Below are positions 26,145 through 35,187 of a stretch of 53,192 bases of DNA, piece by piece; within the stretch, counting starts at the first letter, position 1; every line of letters starts with the position of its first letter. The notes beneath the pieces are model-generated. The model had not been told where the DNA came from, ran no database searches, and saw only the letters and a list, made by a program, of their open reading frames with translations. This stretch comes from a virus. Both the position numbers and the translations under genes were made by a program. The DNA lies in IMG/VR virus record IMGVR_UViG_3300045988_066337. One strand, 5' to 3'.

Positions 26145-26191
26145 GATAACTTCTCCTTTCTAAAAATTTGATTTATTTAATAATTTGCAAA

Positions 26192-26413
26192 TTATTTTCC
26201 CTTTAAAGAATTCATAAACTCATCCACATCTATCCCACGCTCTTTACAAATAGATCTAACTGCCTGCTCTGGATTCATACCTTTTCCGGATAGCATAGAC
26301 ATTATACCGTTCATCTGACCTAAATTATTCATCATACTTTTAGCTTGAGCTATAACATTTTGATTTATGTTATTTTGTAGATTTTTCTGTCCTTTGAATA
26401 AACTGCTTGCCAT
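26192..26413 (-). CDS. Hypothetical protein
   Basis: AGGAGG-9 nt-ATG at 26413 (MASSLFKG...); the ORF-track TTG at 26422 is less likely. Confidence 0.5.
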   Translation of the reverse strand: MASSLFKGQKNLQNNINQNVIAQAKSMMNNLGQMNGIMSMLSGKGMNPEQAVRSICKERGIDVDEFMNSLKGK

Positions 26414-26750
26414 AGTTTTCAACCTCCTGTTTCAACTCGTTGAATTCTTCACGAGTTATATAAGATTCCTGAATATTAGACGCATTTTCTATAGCTTCAA
26501 ATTTGAATGTTCTTATTGTAGGAAATCCAGCGCCATCCGTTGTTTTCACATACATGATATCACTATCACTGTCAAATAATGCTACAGAGCTGTTGGGAGA
26601 CATCTGGTAAGCTTTTGCTCCGTCAATCCCGGTTACTCTTATTAGATTATTCTGTGGTTGCTGCTGAATGAAATTATTAGTGTTTGGGGAAATAGGGTTT
26701 TGATACGGATTAAAATTATTTACTCCGTATAATTGTGACATTGGGTACAT
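26370..26750 (-). CDS. Hypothetical protein (Q/N-rich N-terminus, beta-rich core)
   Basis: 126-aa ORF; LIRVTGIDGAKAYQMSPNSSVALFDSDSDIMYVKTTDG. Confidence 0.6.
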   Translation of the reverse strand: MYPMSQLYGVNNFNPYQNPISPNTNNFIQQQPQNNLIRVTGIDGAKAYQMSPNSSVALFDSDSDIMYVKTTDGAGFPTIRTFKFEAIENASNIQESYITREEFNELKQEVENYGKQFIQRTEKSTK

Positions 26751-26887
26751 TTTTCACACTCCTTTTCAGATTCATCTAACTTTATTACAATTTCTTGAAG
26801 TGCTGTCATTACACGAATAAGTGTCATTACAGGAATATCAGCCAATTCTTCATTTTCTAATAACCTTTTTATTATTTCATCCCTCAT
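26720..26887 (-). CDS. Small hypothetical protein (55 aa)
   Basis: AAAGGAGAAAGGCC-ATG at 26887 (MRDEIIKRLL...); the ORF-track start at 26932 lies inside the terminator/promoter. Confidence 0.5.
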   Translation of the reverse strand: MRDEIIKRLLENEELADIPVMTLIRVMTALQEIVIKLDESEKECEKCTQCHNYTE

Positions 26888-26911
26888 GGCCTTTCTCCTT
26901 TCTTTGAGTTT

Positions 26912-26940
26912 ATTGTAATAAAAAAGAACCACATTTTAAA
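26912..26940 (-). promoter_or_regulatory. Weak promoter-like element, TTTAAA-17-TACAAT (degenerate box, poor -35)
   Basis: Reverse complement reads TTTAAA ATGTGGTTCTTTTTTAT TACAAT; the -35 is embedded in the terminator stem. Confidence 0.35.
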
Positions 26941-26970
26941 TGTACAAAAAATGTACTAAAAATGTGGTTC
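26919..26970 (-). terminator. Rho-independent terminator ending the late (structural) operon
   Basis: 12-bp stem GAACCACATTTT / AAAATGTGGTTC (26926-26937 with 26959-26970), an inner GTAC stem, then a T6 run on the minus strand. Confidence 0.7.
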
Positions 26971-26979
26971 CTATTATTT

Positions 26980-27180
26980 TTATAATACTTTAATGATCTT
27001 TTTATTAACTTTCTGACTCAATTTACGTGTGTAATCAATTGATATGTTGAAAGTATCTGCAATTTCTTGTAAAGTGTGCCCACGTGCTCTATGTTCAAAC
27101 ACAATAGACTCCAACTCACTGAAATTACACTTTTCACGGAATGTGTCTAACTCAGGTTCCGTGAAATCTTGTATAATCAT
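26980..27180 (-). CDS. Sigma-70 region-4 / LuxR-type HTH-only protein (candidate late transcription regulator)
   Basis: LESIVFEHRARGHTLQEIADTFNISIDYTRKLSQKVNKKI. Confidence 0.55.
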   Translation of the reverse strand: MIIQDFTEPELDTFREKCNFSELESIVFEHRARGHTLQEIADTFNISIDYTRKLSQKVNKKIIKVL

Positions 27181-27219
27181 CTTCTACGCCTTCTTCCAGG
27201 TTTCGATCTCTTAGTAGTT

Positions 27220-27492
27220 TTAGTTGTCCTCGTTCTTGTCACTCGCTGTCGTGCCATTATATACGTCACCCTCCTCTCCAATATAATTATTAGTACCATC
27301 ACCGCCTGTATCTTGGTCCACAGTCGTTGTAGTTGTTGATGTAGTTTCTTCCACAGGTAAACACCATGCGTATAACCAAATTGCATTCGTCGCAAATAAC
27401 AAGACTAGTGTTATAATAAACAGAACAAAGTTCCTTTTGCAATTTATTTTTAATTCTTTTAAAATTTCCGACGCTAATTTAGTCTCTTCCAT
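27220..27492 (-). CDS. Membrane protein, hypothetical
   Basis: TM segment FVLFIITLVLLFATNAIWLYAW; Thr-rich then acidic tail. Confidence 0.55.
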   Translation of the reverse strand: MEETKLASEILKELKINCKRNFVLFIITLVLLFATNAIWLYAWCLPVEETTSTTTTTVDQDTGGDGTNNYIGEEGDVYNGTTASDKNEDN

Positions 27493-27817
27493 TATCCATT
27501 CCTCTTTCTAAATCTTTTATTCTATGATTAGCTACTTTTAACCTGTCATCTAATAACTCAACTCCTTTCTCCACTTCATATAAACGAACAACTAGATTAT
27601 TATGCTCTTTTACGTGTTTATCAAGGCTCGTCAAATCATCTCGCAAAGTAGTAACGTCTTTATTGACTAATTTAATAGTACCTTTTGTCTCTGTTCTGGC
27701 TAGATCCAATTCACTTTTGATTTCAGTTAGTGTGATTTGATGTGTTTTGCGGGTTGTATAAATAACCCCTGCAAGAGCAAGAACTCCTGTGATAACACTG
27801 CCGATGATTGTTTCCAT
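27479..27817 (-). CDS. Membrane-anchored coiled-coil protein (XhlA-like context), hypothetical
   Basis: N-terminal TM IIGSVITGVLALAGVIY followed by a heptad-like region. Confidence 0.5.
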   Translation of the reverse strand: METIIGSVITGVLALAGVIYTTRKTHQITLTEIKSELDLARTETKGTIKLVNKDVTTLRDDLTSLDKHVKEHNNLVVRLYEVEKGVELLDDRLKVANHRIKDLERGMDNGRD

Positions 27818-29007
27818 TACCTACTCCTCTTCTGTTTTTTAGGTGTTCCCAATATGACTTTTAGCGTTACCTGATTTCTTTTATGAGTTTCTTGAACCTC
27901 CCTTATGATAGCGTGATAAGATAAGTCTAAATCATCTATATATACCACACATTTATCCCCAAGATCATAATTTTTCATGTATTCATATTTTTCTTGAAGA
28001 ACTGTGCAGGATATAGTCTCAATCCTGTAATTATTAAGCATATCTAACTTCGCCTGTGTCTCTAATAACCGTCTTATTTTTTGCTGATTAGCTGTAGATG
28101 TATCTTCTAAATCTACATCGTCTGAAGATAGTGACACTGTAAGAACTGCTTTAGGATTGCTGTTACCTAGTTTTTCAGGTTTATTGGAGTTCCAAACAAA
28201 ATAACAACCAATCATATAATGAATTTGACCATCTTTTGTTTCTGTATATTTTATCGGAAAATAGTTTGTAGAGAACGCATTATAATGCTCTTCACTAACC
28301 TCTTGCAACACTTCGTAAAAGCATTGATTTGCGGATTCATCCAATGTGTATGAAATATCTGATACATTATTGAAAGCTCTTCCAAAATATACAGCGTTAT
28401 CTCCAGAAGTTAAATCACTTCCTTTAAATACTTTGACGGATACACTTAATGTATCTGTATCGGATTGCGGATATTTAGAAATTTTCGTCAAATATCCATA
28501 TTCGCTGTCTGATAAAATATCATATAAAGCTTCACCTGCTTTTATGCCTCCAGCTATAGATATATCAACATTACTAGGGAACGACGAATCATTAGAAAAC
28601 CCTATGCTACCTATAGGTTTTACGCCACCAACAACGGCATTAGCATTATTAACATAGTTGGTTATAGCTGTTTTAGTAGCAGCGGCAGTATTAGTATTTA
28701 TGGCTACATTTTTTCTATATGTGGCAAAATCTAAAAATTTGTCTACGAAAAATCCTTTTAATGTAACAAAAGCACCCTTAATTTTTTTCTCGTACTCTAT
28801 CTTTTGGATCAAACCTAATTCAGGTCTGCCTACATTTTCCACATACTTAAACCCCATTTCTGCTAATCTGTTATATTCGGCTAAAGGTAGATACAGAATG
28901 AAATCTCCGCACTGTTTAAATTTACGATCCCACGCACATTCAATGAAATCAATATTACCACCCTTATCACCTATTATAGAGCCTTTCCAATCTCTGGCTT
29001 TTAGCAT
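27817..29007 (-). CDS. Tail protein (Siphovirus Gp37-like)
   Basis: 396 aa directly after Dit; N-terminal pattern GDFILYLPL...RPELGLIQKIE as recalled for the Gp37 family. Confidence 0.5.
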   Translation of the reverse strand: MLKARDWKGSIIGDKGGNIDFIECAWDRKFKQCGDFILYLPLAEYNRLAEMGFKYVENVGRPELGLIQKIEYEKKIKGAFVTLKGFFVDKFLDFATYRKNVAINTNTAAATKTAITNYVNNANAVVGGVKPIGSIGFSNDSSFPSNVDISIAGGIKAGEALYDILSDSEYGYLTKISKYPQSDTDTLSVSVKVFKGSDLTSGDNAVYFGRAFNNVSDISYTLDESANQCFYEVLQEVSEEHYNAFSTNYFPIKYTETKDGQIHYMIGCYFVWNSNKPEKLGNSNPKAVLTVSLSSDDVDLEDTSTANQQKIRRLLETQAKLDMLNNYRIETISCTVLQEKYEYMKNYDLGDKCVVYIDDLDLSYHAIIREVQETHKRNQVTLKVILGTPKKQKRSR

Positions 29008-29873
29008 TATAAGCCTCCATATCTTCCGGTATAGCTTAAGTCTGTACTAAATCCACTATTATCCCCGGCATCATCTAAAAATGAAATATTATTATCTCCA
29101 AATGTCAATATAAGTTCTGGTAACACCTCACCGTTATAATCGTTCGGCGACATTTCTACACCATTCAATTCTACCTGTTTCCACTCTGAATCTACTACTA
29201 AAATATCTCCGACAGAGAAAGAATGATTTATTTTTAGCGTTTTATCATTCACTGTGATATTCATTCCCACTACGGATTCATTCATTTCAAGTTTGGCTGT
29301 GATATATGTGTTTTCCGAACCTGTGTAGTCAATATATTTATTTAACGTCTGTGAAATTACACCAAATACTAAAGATCCTCCATTAGGAGTGTAAGCTCTT
29401 GTAACGTGCCACATAGGATCCACGTTGTAAAAACCAACATTCGTTGATTCGTTAGAAATGAGGTCGGATTCTGGATGTATGTATCCAACGGTCAGATTAA
29501 GAGGAGCATATATATTATCTGTAGGGCATTTAGAACTCTTTAATTCACAACCTTTAGCAATTCTTAAAATACCCATATAATTTATGTATAGGTCAAAAGA
29601 ATAGTTATTGTTATGAAAGCCTATAACACGTTCTCTTTCTGATTTTGAAGTAAAGGAGCATCTAGACTTTAAATCTATGTCTCGGGCTTCTTTTCTTTTA
29701 CCTGTAATTATAGACCCATTTCCGAAACCTCTATCCTCTGTGAATATTTCTAAGTTTGGAAAATCCAAACCCTCAATCTTCGTCAAGTGCCATCCTTTTT
29801 GTGTGTCTGACTCATAGTCAAATATTTCACCATCACTTCTAACAGCTCTTATTGATAATTTGTTGTTAGCCAT
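29007..29873 (-). CDS. Distal tail protein (Dit)
   Basis: 288 aa immediately downstream of the TMP; ATGA-coupled. Confidence 0.6.
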   Translation of the reverse strand: MANNKLSIRAVRSDGEIFDYESDTQKGWHLTKIEGLDFPNLEIFTEDRGFGNGSIITGKRKEARDIDLKSRCSFTSKSERERVIGFHNNNYSFDLYINYMGILRIAKGCELKSSKCPTDNIYAPLNLTVGYIHPESDLISNESTNVGFYNVDPMWHVTRAYTPNGGSLVFGVISQTLNKYIDYTGSENTYITAKLEMNESVVGMNITVNDKTLKINHSFSVGDILVVDSEWKQVELNGVEMSPNDYNGEVLPELILTFGDNNISFLDDAGDNSGFSTDLSYTGRYGGL

Positions 29874-31957
29874 TATGCACCTGCCAATCCATACAATGCC
29901 TGATCCTTCAACATACGTGCTGTCTGTACAGGCGAAGTATTTTCTACATTAAAATTGATTTCCTGATTTACAATAGTTTGATTACCTGTCTGGCTAAGAA
30001 GTTTTCCACCTATCATTGAATCATTAGTTAATAATCTGTTGGTTATACCTGCAGATGCTATAGATTCTGTGTTAATTGCTCCGACTTCGTAAGCTCCAAG
30101 TAACTTTGACATTTGGTTTCTAGCTGTTTGTATGAGATTTTTAGTTTCTAGTATGATACCTTCACCAATACCCAAAGTTATAAATTTACCAACCTCATCA
30201 CGCATAACTCGAGATGGGGATTTGATTCCGAAGAAGTCTTTGATAGCGTTCTTTGCACTTGCTGCTAAACTTCTAATCTTATTACATAACCAATCTTTTT
30301 TATTTTTTATACCATTCCAAAGACCTTCGATCCAATCACTACCGATAGATACCAATGATCCTATGCCTGCCTTTATTTTTCCGGGCAAGGACTGAGCTAA
30401 ACTTACTATATTAGATTTTAAGGATCCTGCCCATGATTTTATACCAGCCCAAAGTTTCTTTAAAAGTTCAACTCCGGTATCAAATATCAGTTTAGCACCA
30501 GATATCAAACCGTTTACTATAGCTAATAGTATCTGTGGCAATGCTTTAATTAACGCAATTATTATCTCGGGTATTGCCTCTATAATACCAAAAAGTAATT
30601 GTATCGCACCTGACACAATCTGAGGAGTGGAGCTCACTAAAAATGTCACAATGCTCTCAATTATTGCAGGTAAATTTTCAATTATTGTAGGTATCGAATC
30701 CAATAAAGCTTGGCCTATAGCTACTAATAATTGTAATACAGCGTCTAAAATTGTAGGAGCATTTTCCATTAAAGTGTTGGCCATTTGCATTATAGTGTCC
30801 ACAATAATTGGTATAAATTCAGGCATCATATCTGTTAATGCGGCTAACAAATTTTGCACAGCGTCTAAAGCAGCTTGTAACACAGCCGGAGCGGCATCGA
30901 CAAGTGCTTGTGCCAAAGCTATGAGAGCTGTACTAGCAGCGTTTAGTAATCCTGGTAATACACTAGTTATCATCTTAGGAAGTTCGGAAGCTAGTGTTGG
31001 AGCCAACCCTTCTACCAATTTTCCTAATCCGTTAAAAGCTATTTCAATTCTGGGTAGTATATTTTCTGCTAAATGACCCGCAGACTCAATAAAGTTTTGC
31101 ATAAGCTGATCAAAATCTGCTTCGTCATCAGCAATACCCACAACTAAATTTTCCCACGCTGCCTTCGTCATGTTTAGGGAACCTTCAATAGTGTGCTGGG
31201 CTTCTTCTGCGGTTGTTCCTGTGATACCCATTTCTGTCTGAATAACATGTATTGCGTCCACAACATCTGCATAGCTGCTAATATCGTAATGAATACCTGA
31301 TATTTTTTCTGCATCTTCCAGCAAACGCTGCATTTCTTCTTTAGTACCACCATACCCCAGTTTGAGGTTGTCTAGCATAGTATAATTCTGCTTAGCAAAT
31401 CCTTGATATGCATTCTGGATCATCTCCATAGATGTACCCATCTTATTAGCATTGTCTGCCATGTCATTGATAGCCATATCAGCTTTTTCTGCAGCAGCTT
31501 GAGTATCCCCACTCAAAGAGGATGTCAATGAAGCTGCAAAGCTAGTAACTGTGTCCATATATTCATTAGCGGACATACCTGCATTTTTGTACGCATTAGC
31601 AGCATTATTAAGAACGGTTGTTTGTGCAGACATTAATTTATTATATTCATCCTGAACAGCATCTACAGATTTACCAACACTTGCTGCATATTCATCTAAT
31701 GTTTTACCTCCCGCTCCATAGAGGGTTTCAATACCTCCTACTAACTGTTCATATCTAGCATAAGCTTCTACTGATTTGTAGATCAATGCTGTAACAGCTG
31801 CTCCTGCTGCAGCTGCTCCTGTTGCCACTACTTTAGCAGCAGAACCAAATTTACCCAGTTTACCACTGAGCCCATTCATACCTTGTGATAGACCTTTATC
31901 GTCTAATTCAGTATCAATAGTAACACGACCATCACTGTTCATTGACATATCTATCAC
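29873..31957 (-). CDS. Tape measure protein
   Basis: 694 aa, Ala/Leu/Ile-rich helical repeats; sits after the chaperone genes. Confidence 0.85.
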   Translation of the reverse strand: MIDMSMNSDGRVTIDTELDDKGLSQGMNGLSGKLGKFGSAAKVVATGAAAAGAAVTALIYKSVEAYARYEQLVGGIETLYGAGGKTLDEYAASVGKSVDAVQDEYNKLMSAQTTVLNNAANAYKNAGMSANEYMDTVTSFAASLTSSLSGDTQAAAEKADMAINDMADNANKMGTSMEMIQNAYQGFAKQNYTMLDNLKLGYGGTKEEMQRLLEDAEKISGIHYDISSYADVVDAIHVIQTEMGITGTTAEEAQHTIEGSLNMTKAAWENLVVGIADDEADFDQLMQNFIESAGHLAENILPRIEIAFNGLGKLVEGLAPTLASELPKMITSVLPGLLNAASTALIALAQALVDAAPAVLQAALDAVQNLLAALTDMMPEFIPIIVDTIMQMANTLMENAPTILDAVLQLLVAIGQALLDSIPTIIENLPAIIESIVTFLVSSTPQIVSGAIQLLFGIIEAIPEIIIALIKALPQILLAIVNGLISGAKLIFDTGVELLKKLWAGIKSWAGSLKSNIVSLAQSLPGKIKAGIGSLVSIGSDWIEGLWNGIKNKKDWLCNKIRSLAASAKNAIKDFFGIKSPSRVMRDEVGKFITLGIGEGIILETKNLIQTARNQMSKLLGAYEVGAINTESIASAGITNRLLTNDSMIGGKLLSQTGNQTIVNQEINFNVENTSPVQTARMLKDQALYGLAGA

Positions 31958-31968
31958 CTACCTTTCAT

Positions 31969-32529
31969 TTATATGCATGCGTAAAATTCGTCATTAATTT
32001 CTTGAAGTATTGCAAGTTCATCAGGGTCTGTCTTTTTAGGCAATGACCATATTCTTTTTAATCGTTGCCGTTGTTTATCTTCATCCATTTTAATCTTACT
32101 GTAAGATCGTATTGCTACAATTTCCATTAATTTTGTATTAGCAGGAAGACCTATAGTTAATGCCTTAAATAAATGCCAATGCATATAGTTTATTGATGTT
32201 AAATCAATATTGTATGCTTGCATAAAAGAAGACACTATATACTCTCCATCTAATACATAATCCATATAATTGTCTGTATTTTTATCGGATTCTATGTGTT
32301 GTGGAGTAACATTAGGATTGGAATAAAATCTAATTAAACTATTTAGATTATCTTCGAGTATCGGCACATCTGGGTCTATAAACATGTCATGTATTTCCCC
32401 CAAAGTTGTATGCGGATCTCTTATACGTGTGCCAAAATTTATCCAATCTCTAAAATCTGTTTTTATTAAAAAAGGTTTACCGCCAACCTCTACGGCATTG
32501 GGTAAACCTTTATTGCGTAAATCTATCAC
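31969..32529 (-). CDS. Phage Gp15-family tail assembly protein
   Basis: MIDLRNKGLPNAVEVGGKPFLIKTDFRDWINF N-terminus as recalled for Phage_Gp15. Confidence 0.55.
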   Translation of the reverse strand: MIDLRNKGLPNAVEVGGKPFLIKTDFRDWINFGTRIRDPHTTLGEIHDMFIDPDVPILEDNLNSLIRFYSNPNVTPQHIESDKNTDNYMDYVLDGEYIVSSFMQAYNIDLTSINYMHWHLFKALTIGLPANTKLMEIVAIRSYSKIKMDEDKQRQRLKRIWSLPKKTDPDELAILQEINDEFYACI

Positions 32530-32894
32530 TTTAATAACTTCGCCTTTTCTGCCAGCTTCCCAAGTTCTAATAATTTTGTGAACTGTGGGTTATTCATGAG
32601 ATCCTGTAAACCGTCTGTGTTGTATGTTTCTAAGGGTTCATTATATGCCTGACATATTTTCAGATACAGTATATTAAGTGAATTTGGATCACATTCTTTA
32701 AGTGACCCTATGATATCATTCAGTGTTCCAGGGTCAAGTAAGTCCATACATATATTATACATGTTTTTGCATTTTGTCTTAAAATCGACATTGCTTCTAT
32801 TACCCTGATCTACCTTTTCCAGTTTATCTGCAATATCTAATGAATATTTCGGGAGATTATATACGTTTCCCATAAATTCGACTTTATATTCCAT
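32526..32894 (-). CDS. Tail assembly chaperone
   Basis: 122 aa, acidic; sits between the major tail gene and Gp15/TMP. Confidence 0.5.
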   Translation of the reverse strand: MEYKVEFMGNVYNLPKYSLDIADKLEKVDQGNRSNVDFKTKCKNMYNICMDLLDPGTLNDIIGSLKECDPNSLNILYLKICQAYNEPLETYNTDGLQDLMNNPQFTKLLELGKLAEKAKLLK

Positions 32895-32917
32895 AATTAG
32901 TTCCTCCTATTAAACTA

Positions 32918-33403
32918 TTAAGCTGATGCTGCTGTAAATGTTGGAGCACCACTTTCAATGGTATACGTGCCTTTTTCAATTTCCCCACCAAGTTTAATTG
33001 TGAAAGAAATTTTACCCTCTACGGTATCAAGAGTGTCTAAAAGCAATGTGCAAATTCCTCTCCAAGCCTTCTTACCTGTGCCTCCAAAACACATCAAGAA
33101 CGGTACTTTAACATCGTCTCCAGTCGGCATGTCGTAGAATTTTTTAAAAATGAAATCGTACATTTCATTGCCCTCATAAAGAGCAATCTCCTCAGGCAAT
33201 TCCGGCTGATTACTAGATACCTCTTCCACAGCGTTCGGGTAGCAAATATATTCCATAGACTCAGACTGAGGATTCATGGCAAAAGCAAAGATTGTGGATA
33301 AATCAATTCGCTTCCAAGTATTAGCAGCAAATGTATTATCTTCAGCAGTATCTAAAAATGGAATAAATTTATCTCTGGTTAATTTAGTTAATGCAGACAT
33401 CAT
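32918..33403 (-). CDS. Major tail protein
   Basis: 161 aa; strong RBS; canonical position upstream of the chaperones and TMP. Confidence 0.6.
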   Translation of the reverse strand: MMSALTKLTRDKFIPFLDTAEDNTFAANTWKRIDLSTIFAFAMNPQSESMEYICYPNAVEEVSSNQPELPEEIALYEGNEMYDFIFKKFYDMPTGDDVKVPFLMCFGGTGKKAWRGICTLLLDTLDTVEGKISFTIKLGGEIEKGTYTIESGAPTFTAASA

Positions 33404-33837
33404 ATTCTCCTTTCCAAATAATTTATTTCATATCTACCTTCATATCGTACATTTCCTGTATCTTCATTAAGGTAGATATCAGGAACCGTATATGACGGCT
33501 GAATGGAATTAATAGTAATTCCGATTACATTAGGCAATTCTCCTTTATTGCTTTTTTCTTCTATCCATGTTGTAATATTTTCAAACGCTTGCAATGCTAA
33601 AAGATTTATGTCCGACGTCCCTGCAGGATCATATTCTTTTACAAGGTTTATATTAAATAGTTCTGTTACTTCCACAGAACCATCCATAAATTCTTGTGTG
33701 GATCTTAAATTAGGAACTGTGGTAACCGCAGTGGCATCTACCTCCACAGGTATAACATTAAAAAATATGTAAGAATCTGATTCTGGGCAATCTGTCAACC
33801 AAGTTGTTAATTGTGTGTATATGTTCAATTCTCTCAC
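33400..33837 (-). CDS. Tail completion / tail terminator protein
   Basis: Synteny only. Confidence 0.45.
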   Translation of the reverse strand: MRELNIYTQLTTWLTDCPESDSYIFFNVIPVEVDATAVTTVPNLRSTQEFMDGSVEVTELFNINLVKEYDPAGTSDINLLALQAFENITTWIEEKSNKGELPNVIGITINSIQPSYTVPDIYLNEDTGNVRYEGRYEINYLERRI

Positions 33838-34190
33838 ATCCTTTTAATATACTCTGTTACCGCTTTAGCCACCTCTTTACTCTTATCCTTACTTGCAGAT
33901 TCTTCCCAATGGTCTGTTGCCAGTATATGTTTTTCGTGGCTATAATTTAGTGGGTTGCCCAGCATGCTGATGCCTCGCCATTGATAATGCGAATAAGGCT
34001 GATAATATGTCACTCTAAATGGTTCTGTTCTATAAGAAGATGCAAGAATAATTTTATCTGCAGGAACATATTTATTAAACATCGTTCCCCATGTTTCTGC
34101 TAAAAACATCCCCACTTTATCATTGCCTACCAACCTTTTTATAGTGGCTTGCTTATGGTTCCACCTGAATCTTAGCCCCATATTAAACAC
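33834..34190 (-). CDS. Head-tail joining protein (HK97 gp10-like position)
   Basis: Synteny only. Confidence 0.45.
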   Translation of the reverse strand: MFNMGLRFRWNHKQATIKRLVGNDKVGMFLAETWGTMFNKYVPADKIILASSYRTEPFRVTYYQPYSHYQWRGISMLGNPLNYSHEKHILATDHWEESASKDKSKEVAKAVTEYIKRM

Positions 34191-34593
34191 CTTCTACTCT
34201 AAATTGAAATCGTGTGTCCCCAAATTTTTCTACTTCTGTGATAGTCTTTATTTCGCATACATTGGGCTCATATAAATTTCTAACAGTCTGTATTGTGTTT
34301 GGAGTAACGTCTTCAGATACACTACTCACTAAAAATATATAATCTCCAGGGTTTAATGTGAATCTGCTGGCAATTAGAGGAGAATCTTTCCAATCCTTAT
34401 AAGGCAGATATAATTCGGAAAATGGTATCAGTATTGTAAACGTTTGACCCACACTCACAACATTACCACTGACATTTTCAACTTTGTTAGTACTGTATAC
34501 GCAATTTTGTATGGTGGTTTTATACCACACATCCAATTTTGTTGTAGAATCTTTCCTATTCAGTTTATTTAGAATAGTTACAGCACCGTTCAT
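34183..34593 (-). CDS. Head closure / head-tail adaptor protein
   Basis: ORF 34183-34656; GAAAGG-9 nt-ATG favours a start at 34593 (MNGAVTIL...); synteny. Confidence 0.45.
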   Translation of the reverse strand: MNGAVTILNKLNRKDSTTKLDVWYKTTIQNCVYSTNKVENVSGNVVSVGQTFTILIPFSELYLPYKDWKDSPLIASRFTLNPGDYIFLVSSVSEDVTPNTIQTVRNLYEPNVCEIKTITEVEKFGDTRFQFRVEGV

Positions 34594-34966
34594 TACATCT
34601 AACCTTTCTGCAAAGTAAACATGGATAACTGGACAACAATATTTTTGCCCAATCATTAAATTTTATTTTTAAAGATTCCTCTGTAAACTGTGAATTATCA
34701 TAGCTAAATGACTCTATTCCATTTGAATAGGAGCTTATTACTCCATGTCCTGTACCCACAGACACTGACGTATCTGATAAGTATATCATGTTTATTATCT
34801 TAGTTTCTAAGACTTTAACAGCCTCGGGTATTTCTGTCAATTTGGACAATTTACCATTGGTTAGGTAGTCTATATAGCTATCTCCTTGTATTATATAAGC
34901 AGGGAATACAGATTCTTCAACTGTACCACCATACTTTCTGTATTCAGAATATGAAATGTAAGCCAT
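34565..34966 (-). CDS. Head-tail connector (gp6-like)
   Basis: MAYISYSEYRKYGG N-terminus typical of head-tail connector proteins; synteny. Confidence 0.5.
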   Translation of the reverse strand: MAYISYSEYRKYGGTVEESVFPAYIIQGDSYIDYLTNGKLSKLTEIPEAVKVLETKIINMIYLSDTSVSVGTGHGVISSYSNGIESFSYDNSQFTEESLKIKFNDWAKILLSSYPCLLCRKVRCNERCCNYSK

Positions 34967-34986
34967 CTGTATCCCCTTCTCACAAG

Positions 34987-35172
34987 TTACTCAGTTTCTT
35001 CGGAGGAACTAGAAACTGGCTGTTTCTGTGGTCTTCCTCGTCTACCTTTGGGGGGAGTGATGGAAGAATTTTCCTTGATTTCTTCACCCCCACCATAATC
35101 TATATAACCTCTAGCGACCGATTTATTTGCGGTCGCTAGAATTGTTCCATTAGGCATTTTAATTGTATACAT
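34987..35172 (-). CDS. Small protein with an AT-hook-like PKGRRGRPQK motif
   Basis: 61-aa ORF directly after the capsid gene; GRP core flanked by basic residues. Confidence 0.45.
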   Translation of the reverse strand: MYTIKMPNGTILATANKSVARGYIDYGGGEEIKENSSITPPKGRRGRPQKQPVSSSSEETE

Positions 35173-35187
35173 TAAATCACCTATTCC

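Noticed and set aside
32526-32529. Programmed -1 frameshift between the two tail-chaperone ORFs (the G/GT paradigm)
   Set aside because: The two ORFs are joined by a simple ATGA stop/start overlap. I saw no slippery heptamer or extended overlap, so they are annotated as separate genes.
34565-34656. The long overlap of the connector ORF (34565-34966) with ORF 34183-34656 as a recoding site
   Set aside because: An internal ATG at 34593 with a GAAAGG RBS cuts the overlap to 29 nt. No slippery sequence was noticed. The odd Cys/Arg-rich C-terminal tail of the connector ORF is noted but not interpretable.
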